Shown: positions 10,062 through 19,890 of the stretch, in pieces
How positions within the stretch are numbered: position 1 is the first letter of the stretch
How the letters are laid out: every line of letters begins with the position of its first letter
Assembly: GCA_964343605.1 (NCBI GenBank)
Contig: CAYFKJ010000006.1
Coordinates: 153,133-217,132 of the forward strand
Direction: 5' to 3'
Length of the DNA stretch: 64,000 bases
From: an uncultured Rhodospirillaceae bacterium
Lineage (GTDB): Bacteria; Pseudomonadota; Alphaproteobacteria; UBA2966
Made by a program: the position numbers and the translations under genes
Notes under the pieces: model-generated
Told to the model about the DNA's origin: nothing
What the model saw: the letters and a program-made list of their open reading frames with translations, nothing else
Database searches by the model: none

Positions 10062-11375
10062 ATGCTGATGAATTTGGTCAGGCGACGTGTGTTTGCCGCA
10101 TTGGGGTTGGTTGCGGCTCTGGTGATCGGCGCGCCGCTCCAGCCGGTTCAGGCTGAATCGCTGCGCGAAACGCTGGCGGAACTGGTCAAAAATCACAAAC
10201 GCATGAAGGCTGCCGCCGCTGATCTGGAAGCTGCGCGGGAGGGCGCGATGGTTTCCGGCGGCAGTTGGTACCCGACATTGGATGTCACCGGGCACTACGG
10301 CTTCGAGGAACAGCGCAAGGGTGAGGGCACGGCCGACACCCATTTGCCGACGCGTGAATTGGATTTCAAGATCACCCAGTTGCTCTACGATTTCGGCTCG
10401 ACCAACGTTTCCATCGAGCAAGCGGATCTTGGCGTAACTCAGACGGAAGCCATTTTCGAAGCCACCCTTCAGGGTCTGCTGTTGGAGGCGATCTCGGCGC
10501 ACCTCGGCATCATCAGCGCCAACGAAATTCTGCGCTTCGCCAAAGGGTCGGAGGCCAACATCAAGCGCCAGACCGAATTGGAAGACGCCCGCGTCAAACG
10601 AGGTTCCGGTTTTTCGACGGATGTTCTGCAGGCCAAGGCCCAATTGGCCGGCGCCCAGGCACGACGCGTCCAGGCTGAAGGTGCCCTGCATCAGGCCCGC
10701 TACCGTTATCTCGCCGTTTTCGGCAAACTGCCGGACGATGTGACGAAGCTGAAAAAGCCCGCGACGCCGTTCGATCTCCTCCCCGACAACGTTGATGCGG
10801 CGGTTGGTCAGGCGCTGGAGAAAAATTTGCAGATTCAGGCCACGCAAATCGCTTCCACAATCGCTCGCAGCCAAACCAAGAAGTCATTCTCCGACGGCTT
10901 CCTGCCGACCTTCAACCTGATTGCCGAAAACAAGTACAAGGAAGACGTGGCCGGCACCGTCGGCTTCAAAGGCGAGCAGATCATCCGTATCGAAGGCACT
11001 TACTCGTTCAATTTGGGCGGAACCTCGTTCAACACTGTTGAGGCCAGCAAACAAGCTTACCTCGCCGCCGAGAGCCGGTTGGGGGATGCCAAGAACCTGG
11101 TGGCCGAACAGGCTCGCGTGGCCTGGCAACAGTTGGAGACCAGCCGTCTCAACGCGGAATTCCTGCGCAATCAAGCCAATATCGCCAGCGAATTCCTTGA
11201 TCTTGCGCGCAAGGAGCGGCGTCTCGGCAGACGTTCGCTGATCGACGTTCTGGCTGGCGAGACGGCCCTGATCAACGCCAGTTCAGATGCGGCGGCAGCC
11301 GAGACAGCTGTTTCGACCGCCGCTTTCTCCCTGCTGGCGGTGATGGGCCAGTTGAGCCTCGATTCGGTCAAGTAG
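10062..11375 (+). CDS. tolC: TolC-family outer membrane channel (type I secretion outer membrane protein)
   Basis: Signal peptide, two-repeat TolC architecture with LYDFGST-type motifs, 437 aa. Located directly upstream of the T1SS substrate. Confidence 0.85.
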   Translation: MLMNLVRRRVFAALGLVAALVIGAPLQPVQAESLRETLAELVKNHKRMKAAAADLEAAREGAMVSGGSWYPTLDVTGHYGFEEQRKGEGTADTHLPTRELDFKITQLLYDFGSTNVSIEQADLGVTQTEAIFEATLQGLLLEAISAHLGIISANEILRFAKGSEANIKRQTELEDARVKRGSGFSTDVLQAKAQLAGAQARRVQAEGALHQARYRYLAVFGKLPDDVTKLKKPATPFDLLPDNVDAAVGQALEKNLQIQATQIASTIARSQTKKSFSDGFLPTFNLIAENKYKEDVAGTVGFKGEQIIRIEGTYSFNLGGTSFNTVEASKQAYLAAESRLGDAKNLVAEQARVAWQQLETSRLNAEFLRNQANIASEFLDLARKERRLGRRSLIDVLAGETALINASSDAAAAETAVSTAAFSLLAVMGQLSLDSVK

Positions 11376-11397
11376 AGGTAAAGGAATCGATCCCGGC

Positions 11398-14300
11398 ATG
11401 GCCCTTCCCACCCCGCAATTCGGACCCCAAACGGTGCTGGACCCAGGTCTTCCGGCGTTCCTGCTGGATGCCGAATCAGAGGGTATCTCACTCGCCGTGC
11501 CGGGTGGGGATTTCGTTCTCAAAGCGGACTATCTGCGACAGGGGCCAGATCTGCTTCTCCAGGGAGACGGCCAATCGGTGCTGGTGCGCGGGTATTTCAC
11601 ACACGAGGCCCCACCGGATCTGACGACCACGGACGGCGCCGGCATCATAAGCGGCGATTTGGCGGTAAAATTGGCGGGACCCGCCACGGCCGGTCAGTTT
11701 GCGCAAGCGGCGCAGCCGGCGGACAGTGCCTCTATCGGCCAAGTCGAAAACGTGGCGGGACGGGCTTTCATCACCCACCCCGACGGGACCCGCATTCAGG
11801 CCGAAAGCGGCAGTAAAATTCTCCAAGGCGATCTCGTCGAGACCGAAGGCGGCGCCAGCATCGGTATCGTCTTCGCCGACGACACCACCTTCGCTCTCGG
11901 CGAGGAAGGCCGCATGGTGATCGATGAATTGATATTCGATCCCGGGTCGGATGACGGCAACGCCGCCTTCAACGTCGTGCAGGGGGTGTTCTCTTTCGTC
12001 AGCGGTGAAATCGCCAAGTCCGGCCCCGACGCCATGGTCGTGAAGACGCCCGTCGTGACCATCGGCATCCGGGGTACCACCGTGGCCGGCCGGGCGGCCG
12101 CTGAAGGGACCGCCAATACCATTACCCTACTGCCCGACCCTGGCGGTGCCGTCGGCGAAATCAGCGTCAGCAACGACGTCGGCACGCTGGTCCTGAACCA
12201 ACCCCTGCAGACCACCCAGGTCACCAGCGCTTTCGTGCCGCCGGCGCCGCCGATCACCCTGCCGGCCGCCGCGGCCCAGCAGTTGTACGGCCAGGCCACC
12301 GCTGCCATGCCGCCGCCACCGCCGCCTCGCGAGGACACTGACGATGCCGATGAGGGCGACGATCAGCAGGAGGGTGAACAGGCCGCCGAGGGCGAAGGCG
12401 AGCCCGAGGAGGGTGAAGGCGAAGAAGGCGCGGAAGGCGAACCCACCGAGGGCGAACAGGCTGCGGAAGGCGAGGGTGAACCCCTGGAAGGCGAGGGCGA
12501 ACCCGGGGAAGGCGAACCTGGAGAGGGTGAACCAGGCGAAGGCGAACCTGGCGAGGGCGAACCTCAAGCTGCTGAGGGCGAACCCGGAGAAGGCGAGCCC
12601 GGAGAAGGCGAGCCCGGCGAGGGAGAACCTGGTCCAGGCGAAGGCGAACCCGGCGGACCCGCAGAGGGCGAACCTGGACAGCCCGGCCCTGAAGAGGGCC
12701 AGCAAGTGGCCGGCGACGGCCAACCCGGGGAAGGAGAACCGGGTGAAGGTGGTCAGCCGGGTGAGGGTCCTGAAGGCCCTGGCGGGCCGGGTCAACCGGG
12801 CCAGGGACCGGACGATCAGAATCTGGCTGCCGCCACGGATGCCTTTAGCGATGCGGTCGAAGGCGGCGCCACTCAAGAGGAAGCTTTCCTGGCCGCCGCC
12901 GAGGCCGCGGGCGCCTCACCCGAGGAAGCTGCCGCTGCGGCTGAAGCCTTCGAACAGGCGCTGGCCGGCGGCGCGTCTCCAGCCGAGGCCCTGGCCGCTG
13001 CGGCAGCCTCACAAGCCGGTCCCGGTGGTCCGCTAGGCCCCGGCGGCTTCGGTCCGGGTGGTCCCGGCGGTCCTGCTCCCGGTAGCCCTGAAGCAGAAGC
13101 CCAAGCCGCGTTCGACAACGCCTTGGCGCAGGGCCTGTCAATGGAGCAGGCTTTTGCCGCTGCCGGTCAGGCAGCCGGCTTCGGGGGACCTCCACCGGGT
13201 ACCCAGGATTTCGCCGCCTTGATCGATCCCGCGACCGGCCAGCCGGGCGGACCCGGCGGCCCACAACCGTTCTCGCCGTTCGGCCCGGCGGGTTTCGGAC
13301 CAGGCGACCCGTTCGGACCCGGCCCCGGCGACTTTTTCGGACCGGGACCAGGTGACTTCTTCGGACCGGGGCCCGATGACCATTTCGGACCTGGATTTGG
13401 CCCAGAATTCGGTCCTGATTTCGGTCCGGAATTCGGCCCCGAGTTCGGACCGGAATTCGGATTCGGACCAGACCCTTTCTTCGACCCTGCGTTCCAAGAT
13501 CCGTTTTTCGACCCGTTTTTCGACCCCGCCTTCGACGATCCGTTTTTCAGCCCCGACGAATTCTTCATCGATCCGGAAGGCAATATCGTCTTCTTCGACG
13601 ACATCACCACCGACGATCTCATAGGCGACAATACAACCGATCAATTTAGCGAATTCCTGACGGCGAGCACGGGAGATGACAGTCTTATCGGCGGCGACGG
13701 CAACACCCAGTTCGAGATGATCCAGGGCTCGTCCCTGGGAGGATTCGACACGGTCGATGGCGGCCTTGGCACGGATGAGATCACGCTCCGGGGATTGACG
13801 GATATCCAGTTGATCTACGACGCCTCGACGGAGCAGGCGCAATACGCCAACGCCGGCGGCAATATCTCAGGACAGATATCGCTCTTTTCGGTCGAACAGT
13901 TGTTCGCCGACAACGGGACGGAAGCCCGTGTGCGGCTGGAATTCGGCACCGACAACTCCGGCTTCGGTTATATCCTGTCCGGCAGTTCTTCGGCCGATTC
14001 GATCACCTTGGGCGACGGCTCTGGGGCGGTTGACCTCGGCAACGGATCCCTCAACCACGATATCGATGCCCAGTCGAGTTTCCTCGGCTCCATTGTGTTC
14101 GGCGGCGGCGGCGACGACAACCTGACCGGACTGGCCGGCGTCAGCGACATCCTTTATGGCGGTAGCGGCAACGATACGTTGACCGGCCGGGGCGGCGGCG
14201 ACGCTCTGGACGGCGGCGACGGTAACGACCGCTTCATTTTCCGTTCAAGCTCGGATTTCCAGGAAGAATCGAGCAGTCAACCGGGCGGCAGCATCCTGGG

Positions 14301-15906
14301 CGGCAACGGAACGGACGACGTAATCCAATTCGGCGACGGTACGGGCTCGGCACAAACCTTCACCATGGCCCAGTCGGGCAGCAACAGTACCCTGGTGACG
14401 GGCATCGAGAGGTTGAACTTTCAGGAGGCTTCCTCGACGGCGGTCGTCAACGGTTCGATCTTTACCGGTTCCAGCAACAGCATTACGACCATCAACGCCG
14501 AATCCGGCGCCACCAACCTGACCATCACCGGCGCCTTCGGATCGCTTGACCTAAACACCGTCACCACGGTCTCCAGCAACGTGACCAACCTGAGCGTCAA
14601 TTCCACCGGCGGGTCGACTTTTTTGCGGGATGCCAACGATTCCACGGGGCGCACCCTGACCGGAACCTCGAATTCGGATCAGTTGGTCGGCCAGGGCGGG
14701 GCCGATACGATGAACGGCGGCGATGGAAACGATACGTTTTCCGTTTCAAGCAACTCCGACATCGTCTCGGGTGAAACGCTTAATGGCGGTAACGGCACGG
14801 ATCGGATCAACGTCGAATCAGCCAGTGTCACGTCGTTGACGCTGACAGGAGCCACCCTCAACAGCGTTGAGACCATAAACACCACCGAAGCGACCAGCGG
14901 CATCACGCTGACTGCCGGCTCAAGCGAACTGTCTGGCGTGACGACCATCTCTGGCGGCAGCGCCACCGATACGCTATCACTCACCAACAACACGACGCTG
15001 ACGGGCAAGACCATCAACGGTTACGAAAATCTTTCGCTGGCCGACGGCGTCACCGCGACGGGCACCGAATCGAATCTCGGTATGACGACGTTTAGCGGTA
15101 CCTCCGGTGGATCCGACGAGGAACTCACGATTTCATCCGGTAACTTCACCGCCAGCGGCGATACCTTCACGAATATCTTCCAAATCACCCTGGGCGAATC
15201 GTCGGCGAATCAGACCATGACGATCAACGGATCGACGACCCTCAACAGCACCCGGATCGTCGGCTCCCTCAACAGCAGCGTCGGCGACAGCATTTCCGCC
15301 AACGGCAACGTGACGTTCAACGGCGCCGACCTGATCAATATCGAGGACCTGACGCTGGCCGACGGCAGCGGCACCCGCCAGACCCTCTCGGTGAGTAATC
15401 AGAGCGACTTCAATGTGACCGAGATCGAAGGATTTACGGCCGGTACCGGATCAACCACCGATATCTTCGACTGGACGTCGGCCCTGCAGTCGGGCAACGG
15501 CACGACAACCGGACTGACCGCTTCCGATGACGTTGTGCTGAGCGAACAGACCTCGCAGCTCTCCACTGATTTCCTGTCGACAGGGACGTTCGGCGCCATC
15601 GAGTTCAACTTCAGTGGGGCGAACATCAGCAACGATTTCCTGACCACCGCAGAATCGACCTTGCTGACATCCATTGCCGGTAAGCTCGACGGGGCGGGGG
15701 TCGCCGGGGCGGCGACCACCGAGGGCTCGGCCAGCTCCGATGTCTTGATGGTGTTTTACGAAGCCGCAAGCCAGGGAAGCACATCCGACGCCATAATCGT
15801 GCGCTACCAGGAAGGCACGACGACGTCGGACGCCTTCTCAAGCGACCTCAGCGTGGTGGCCATCCTGCAAGGGGTGACGGACATAACGGACACCAATCTG
15901 GCATAA
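11398..15906 (+). CDS. giant secreted type I secretion substrate: FecR-like N-terminal domain, hyper-acidic GEGEP tandem repeats, Ala-rich and Gly/Pro/Phe-rich repeats, RTX calcium-binding repeats, C-terminal secretion signal
   Basis: 1502-aa ORF. FecR-like region (AGRAFITHPDGTRIQAESGSKILQGDLVETEGGASIGIVF). Residues 300-480 are (GEGEP)n. FGPEFGPDFGP and DPFFDPFFDPAF repeats follow. Nonapeptide GGxGxD repeats (GGSGNDTLTGRGGGDALDGGDGNDRF, NGGDGNDTF, NGGNGTDRI). Ser/Thr/Asn-rich beta region and a C-terminal ...DLSVVAILQGVTDITDTNLA tail. Co-located with the ABC/MFP/TolC genes. Confidence 0.85.
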   Translation: MALPTPQFGPQTVLDPGLPAFLLDAESEGISLAVPGGDFVLKADYLRQGPDLLLQGDGQSVLVRGYFTHEAPPDLTTTDGAGIISGDLAVKLAGPATAGQFAQAAQPADSASIGQVENVAGRAFITHPDGTRIQAESGSKILQGDLVETEGGASIGIVFADDTTFALGEEGRMVIDELIFDPGSDDGNAAFNVVQGVFSFVSGEIAKSGPDAMVVKTPVVTIGIRGTTVAGRAAAEGTANTITLLPDPGGAVGEISVSNDVGTLVLNQPLQTTQVTSAFVPPAPPITLPAAAAQQLYGQATAAMPPPPPPREDTDDADEGDDQQEGEQAAEGEGEPEEGEGEEGAEGEPTEGEQAAEGEGEPLEGEGEPGEGEPGEGEPGEGEPGEGEPQAAEGEPGEGEPGEGEPGEGEPGPGEGEPGGPAEGEPGQPGPEEGQQVAGDGQPGEGEPGEGGQPGEGPEGPGGPGQPGQGPDDQNLAAATDAFSDAVEGGATQEEAFLAAAEAAGASPEEAAAAAEAFEQALAGGASPAEALAAAAASQAGPGGPLGPGGFGPGGPGGPAPGSPEAEAQAAFDNALAQGLSMEQAFAAAGQAAGFGGPPPGTQDFAALIDPATGQPGGPGGPQPFSPFGPAGFGPGDPFGPGPGDFFGPGPGDFFGPGPDDHFGPGFGPEFGPDFGPEFGPEFGPEFGFGPDPFFDPAFQDPFFDPFFDPAFDDPFFSPDEFFIDPEGNIVFFDDITTDDLIGDNTTDQFSEFLTASTGDDSLIGGDGNTQFEMIQGSSLGGFDTVDGGLGTDEITLRGLTDIQLIYDASTEQAQYANAGGNISGQISLFSVEQLFADNGTEARVRLEFGTDNSGFGYILSGSSSADSITLGDGSGAVDLGNGSLNHDIDAQSSFLGSIVFGGGGDDNLTGLAGVSDILYGGSGNDTLTGRGGGDALDGGDGNDRFIFRSSSDFQEESSSQPGGSILGGNGTDDVIQFGDGTGSAQTFTMAQSGSNSTLVTGIERLNFQEASSTAVVNGSIFTGSSNSITTINAESGATNLTITGAFGSLDLNTVTTVSSNVTNLSVNSTGGSTFLRDANDSTGRTLTGTSNSDQLVGQGGADTMNGGDGNDTFSVSSNSDIVSGETLNGGNGTDRINVESASVTSLTLTGATLNSVETINTTEATSGITLTAGSSELSGVTTISGGSATDTLSLTNNTTLTGKTINGYENLSLADGVTATGTESNLGMTTFSGTSGGSDEELTISSGNFTASGDTFTNIFQITLGESSANQTMTINGSTTLNSTRIVGSLNSSVGDSISANGNVTFNGADLINIEDLTLADGSGTRQTLSVSNQSDFNVTEIEGFTAGTGSTTDIFDWTSALQSGNGTTTGLTASDDVVLSEQTSQLSTDFLSTGTFGAIEFNFSGANISNDFLTTAESTLLTSIAGKLDGAGVAGAATTEGSASSDVLMVFYEAASQGSTSDAIIVRYQEGTTTSDAFSSDLSVVAILQGVTDITDTNLA
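12490..12650 (+). repeat. 15-bp imperfect tandem DNA repeat (GGCGAACCTGGNGAG)n encoding GEGEP pentapeptide repeats
   Basis: At least 9 consecutive 15-nt units are visible in the sequence, lying inside the T1SS substrate CDS. Confidence 0.8.
13380..13460 (+). repeat. 9-bp tandem repeat (TTCGGNCCNGAN)n encoding FGP(E/D) repeats
   Basis: ttcggacctggatttggcccagaattcggtcctgatttcggtccggaattcggccccgagttcggaccggaattcgga lies inside the T1SS substrate CDS. Confidence 0.7.
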
Positions 15907-15941
15907 GCTAGTCACTTGGCCGGGATGACGCCGATATCGCC

Positions 15942-18203
15942 ATGAACGATCCCGCTGCCGAAGCGGAAAGAGCGCGCCAATCCATGTCGGCGGGCGCCCC
16001 GGATCGGGCGCTTGCCATCTGGGAATCCTTACTCCAGCATCAGCCAAACTTGATCGAGGCAAGAATCGGTGCTGCAGATTGCCTCATGGCTTTGAAGCGG
16101 CCGGCCGAAGCTGTCGAGCACTATCGCGCCGCTGTGGCAGGAGGCGCCGATCAGGCCAACCTGCTGTTCGGCCTGGGAACGGCGGAGGCCGCGGCGGGCG
16201 TCCTGGCCGAAGCCCGTCGACATCTAGAAGCGTCCCTCAAAATCGATGATGCCAATCCCCACGCGCACAACAACCTGGCCTCGGTGCTACTACGCCAAAA
16301 CGACCGTCCGGGTGCGCTGCGACACTTCCGCCGCGCACTTGAGCTCAAGCCTGATTTGGAAAGCGCACGGAACGGTGCGGCCACCGCCGCGAGAGAACCC
16401 CGGCGGACGATCGAGAGCTACCTGTCACGTGGATTCGCGGCGGTAAACAAGTCGGAATTCGCCTCCGCCAAACACGAATTCCAGGGGGCTGTAATTGATT
16501 CACCCCTCAGATCCGAAGCTTGGGTCGGCCTCGGTTTGGCTCAACTTGGCCTTTGGGAGCGACAGGAGGCACTTGAATCTCTCGACGAAGCAGTTCGACT
16601 CGATCCGGAAAACGTTGAGGCCCTGTATCACCGCGTCATTGCTCTGAGGGCACTGGGGCGGGCCGAGGAAGCGGTTGAAGCGTGTCAGAGCGTTTTGGCG
16701 GTTGAACCGTTGGAGGTCCGGGCCTGGGCGGCGCGCGGAGCCATTGAATTGGAACGGGGTCGCGTGACCCAGGCAATTCCGGACTTAGAGAAGGCCTTGG
16801 CGGGGCGGCGTCATCAGAGCCGGGAAGCGGTCCTTGCCGCGTTGTGTTTCGCTTATCGCATTATCGGTCAATGGGGCAAGGAGTATGAAACGGCGCGTCG
16901 CGAACTGATTTCGATTTTTCTTGACGACGATTATGTGCTCGGTCCGCTCGTTGTCGCACCATTTCAACTCCTGCCATTGGGAGTTCCTGCCGAGGTGCAG
17001 CAAATCGCGGCCCGTCGCGCCAGTGCCAGGGGCGATTCGGGTGCCGTGACATTGCCTGCGGTCGCAAAAAAGGCCGGCAGAGCACAAATCAGATTGGGGT
17101 ACATGTCGCCCGACTTTCGCAATCACAGCATTGCCGCTTCGATCAGAGACGTCATCGCCTCACACGATCGCAATGAATTCGAAGTTTACGGGTTCGCCCT
17201 TAATCAAGACATGGACGAAACGACGGAGTACTTCATTTCGTCGTTCGATCGATTTCACACCCTTGCTTCGCTTAGCCATATCGCTGCGGCGAGGGTGATC
17301 GCCGAACTGGGCATCGATGTACTAGTCGATCTGGCCGGTCACACCAAAGGCGGCAGGCCGGAAATTTTGGCCCAAGGTCCGGCAGCCGTGCAGGTTCATG
17401 CTGTCGGATATGGCGGACCGGTGTGTGCCTCCTATTTGCCTTGGCGCTTGACCGACGCAATATCGACGCCCAGCGGAATCAGACGATATTTCGACGAGAA
17501 ATTGATCGATTTGCCGAACAACGCCTTGCCGGCATCCCGTCCCGCCGTTGAGCCCAGGCCGTTCACTCGGCAAGAGCTCGGATTGCCTTCAGATGCACCG
17601 GTATTTGCGAATTTCGGCGGCACCTACAAAATCGATCCCGAGAGCTTCGATGCCTGGGCCGCAATACTGAAAAGTGTACCCGATGCCCGCTTGCTGCTGT
17701 TGGATTTGGGGCCTACGGTGCGGTCCAACATGTGGCGCGAAGTAGAAGTGAGGGGAGTTGCGCCCAATCGGCTGATCTTCACGCCCTTCACCGATCCGGC
17801 CAGCCATCTGGGCCGGTACGGAGTGGTCGACCTCTGCCTGGATACCCTGGTTCACAACGGCGGCGTGACCACCACCGATGCCCTGTGGATGGGGACGCCT
17901 GTCCTCACCACCTATCGCAGCGATCTGCCCGACCGTACCGGAGCATCGCTTCTGGCGGCGGCCGGTCTCCCTCAGTTGGTTGCCACCGACAACGCCGACT
18001 TTGTATCCCGCGCCGTTCAAATGGCAACCACGCCCGGGGCGCTGGCTGCCCTGCGCCGCCAAGTTGTCGCCAATCAAGAAACCGCGCCGCTGTTCGATAC
18101 CGCCCTCTATACCCGAAATCTGGAGATGGCGCTGCTGGACCTCTGGGCGCGGGCGGTCGATAATCGGCCGTCTTTGCAGGGAGACGCCGAACGCGATGCT
18201 TGA
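15942..18203 (+). CDS. TPR-repeat protein fused to GT41-family glycosyltransferase (O-GlcNAc transferase / HMW1C-like)
   Basis: N-terminal TPR repeats and a C-terminal GT41 catalytic region (RLGYMSPDFRNHS, VDLAGHTKGGRPEIL, ...LVHNGGVTTTDALWMGTPVLT). Sits between the T1SS substrate and the ABC exporter. Confidence 0.8.
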   Translation: MNDPAAEAERARQSMSAGAPDRALAIWESLLQHQPNLIEARIGAADCLMALKRPAEAVEHYRAAVAGGADQANLLFGLGTAEAAAGVLAEARRHLEASLKIDDANPHAHNNLASVLLRQNDRPGALRHFRRALELKPDLESARNGAATAAREPRRTIESYLSRGFAAVNKSEFASAKHEFQGAVIDSPLRSEAWVGLGLAQLGLWERQEALESLDEAVRLDPENVEALYHRVIALRALGRAEEAVEACQSVLAVEPLEVRAWAARGAIELERGRVTQAIPDLEKALAGRRHQSREAVLAALCFAYRIIGQWGKEYETARRELISIFLDDDYVLGPLVVAPFQLLPLGVPAEVQQIAARRASARGDSGAVTLPAVAKKAGRAQIRLGYMSPDFRNHSIAASIRDVIASHDRNEFEVYGFALNQDMDETTEYFISSFDRFHTLASLSHIAAARVIAELGIDVLVDLAGHTKGGRPEILAQGPAAVQVHAVGYGGPVCASYLPWRLTDAISTPSGIRRYFDEKLIDLPNNALPASRPAVEPRPFTRQELGLPSDAPVFANFGGTYKIDPESFDAWAAILKSVPDARLLLLDLGPTVRSNMWREVEVRGVAPNRLIFTPFTDPASHLGRYGVVDLCLDTLVHNGGVTTTDALWMGTPVLTTYRSDLPDRTGASLLAAAGLPQLVATDNADFVSRAVQMATTPGALAALRRQVVANQETAPLFDTALYTRNLEMALLDLWARAVDNRPSLQGDAERDA

Positions 18204-19890
18204 AGTCTTGCGCAGACTAGCGGTCCGGCCGGTGCTGGCAGTTGAAATGCTGGCAGCGTCCCTGTTCGCCAATGTGCTGGCCCTGGCGACGCCGATCTTC
18301 GTCATTCAGGTGCTCAACCGTTACGTCGCCCATGGCGTCGATTCGACGCTCGCGACGTTGACCGGCGGGGCGGTCATCGCCATCGTGCTGGAATTCGGCT
18401 TCCGCCGCGTCCGACTGCGCTTTGCCGAAGCTGTCAATTCCAAGCCCGACGAAGCTTTGTCATTGGATACCTACGCTGTTTTGACCGGCGCCAAGGCAGC
18501 CGCCATGGACATGTTGCCGCCCGGATTGCGGCGCGAGGTTCTGTCCGGCGGAGATACCATTCGCCAGGCCTTTTCCGCACCCCACCTCTGCACCCTGATG
18601 GATGTGCCTTTTGCCCTGCTGTTCCTCGGCGCCTTGCTCCTTTTGCATCCGCTCCTCGCCTTCGTGGCCGGCGGGTTCGTTCTTGCCGTATTCCTGGCCG
18701 TGCTGGTCGGCATGGGCTCGATGCGCGGTTTGACCAAAGCGATGTCACAGGCCGGCGGCCGGCGCGGCGTGCTCATCGATTCGGCGATCGATGCCGCCGA
18801 CGCGGTCCGGGTATTTAACGCGGCAGGATTTCTGCGTCGCCGCTGGGCCCAGGGGGTGCGCGTTCTGGATGGGCTCAAGCGCCGCATCGGCAGCCGCCAA
18901 AATGCCATTCAAGGTCTGATTCAAAGCGCCCATGCGCTGATGACCATCGCCATGATCAGCCTCGCCGCCTTGCTGGTCGTTCGCGGCGAACTGGACGTCG
19001 GCACCATGATCGGCGCCAATATTCTGGCCTTGCGCGCGCTCGTTCCGCTGGCCAGCATGGCGCAGATGACGGAGGGCTGGGCCCGGGCGCGCCAGGCCCG
19101 GGACATGTTCGCCGAGTTTTCGCGCCTGCCCAGGGAACGCGAAGACGGGACGGCGATCGGCGCTTATTCGGGACGGGTCGGACTGACCGATGTCACCTTC
19201 GCCTACCCGGGGTCACAAGCGCCGTTGTTCGAACAACTCGATTTCGAACTTCAACCCGGCGAAGTGTTGGTGGTGACGGGTGCCAACGGTAGCGGCAAGA
19301 CCACCCTGGCGCGGCTGCTCGTCGGCTTGCTGGAACCGGTGCGCGGCCACGTGCTGGTGGACGGCATCGACCTTGCCCAGGTGGCGCCGGCGTGGTGGCG
19401 CCAGCAGATCGTCTATCTGCCGCAGGAGCCGAGGTTCCTCGGCGCCAGCCTGCGGGAGAATTTCCTGGCCTTCCGGGAGGACCTCGATGCGGCGGCGATC
19501 CACGCCCTGCTCGGTCGCGTCGGTTTGCAGGAATTCGTCGACCGCCACGCCGACGGGTTGGACATGCCGCTTCTGAACGGCGGCACCAATCTGTCTCTCG
19601 GCATGCGCCGCCGACTGGCGCTGGCCCGCGGTCTGGCCCATGACGGCAAACTGGTGATCCTGGACGAACCGACCGAAGGTCTGGACGCGGAGGGCGCGGC
19701 GCACGTTTATGCCGTGATGAACCAGCTTGCCTCCGAAGGTCACACCATCATCGCCTTCTCCCATGACGCCCAAATCATGCGCGGGGCGCATCACGTTCTC
19801 GATCTCAATGAAAAGCCGGTGCCCAAATTTTCAACCCTGGCCCAAATGACCCCGCCCAGGGCGGCCAATCTGCCGGAGGCCGGGCAATGA
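18196..19890 (+). CDS. type I secretion system ABC transporter (PrtD/HlyB family ATPase-permease, no C39 peptidase domain)
   Basis: Start MLEVLRRLAV overlaps the upstream stop by 8 nt. Six-TM domain plus NBD with Walker A (GANGSGKTT), signature (LSLGMRRR) and Walker B (LVILDEPTEGLD). Confidence 0.9.
   Translation: MLEVLRRLAVRPVLAVEMLAASLFANVLALATPIFVIQVLNRYVAHGVDSTLATLTGGAVIAIVLEFGFRRVRLRFAEAVNSKPDEALSLDTYAVLTGAKAAAMDMLPPGLRREVLSGGDTIRQAFSAPHLCTLMDVPFALLFLGALLLLHPLLAFVAGGFVLAVFLAVLVGMGSMRGLTKAMSQAGGRRGVLIDSAIDAADAVRVFNAAGFLRRRWAQGVRVLDGLKRRIGSRQNAIQGLIQSAHALMTIAMISLAALLVVRGELDVGTMIGANILALRALVPLASMAQMTEGWARARQARDMFAEFSRLPREREDGTAIGAYSGRVGLTDVTFAYPGSQAPLFEQLDFELQPGEVLVVTGANGSGKTTLARLLVGLLEPVRGHVLVDGIDLAQVAPAWWRQQIVYLPQEPRFLGASLRENFLAFREDLDAAAIHALLGRVGLQEFVDRHADGLDMPLLNGGTNLSLGMRRRLALARGLAHDGKLVILDEPTEGLDAEGAAHVYAVMNQLASEGHTIIAFSHDAQIMRGAHHVLDLNEKPVPKFSTLAQMTPPRAANLPEAGQ

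Noticed and set aside
12490-12650. Tandem repeat array that could be mistaken for a CRISPR or VNTR locus
   Set aside because: 15-bp units without spacers, in frame inside a CDS and encoding GEGEP. It is not a CRISPR array.
12127-13842. Long ORFs antisense to, or in alternate frames of, the T1SS substrate repeat region (12127-12876 minus, 12344-13036 plus, 13138-13842 minus, 13167-13631 minus)
   Set aside because: Their translations are Arg/Pro/Ala/Lys low-complexity strings created by the GC-rich tandem repeats. The sense frame gives a coherent secreted-protein architecture.
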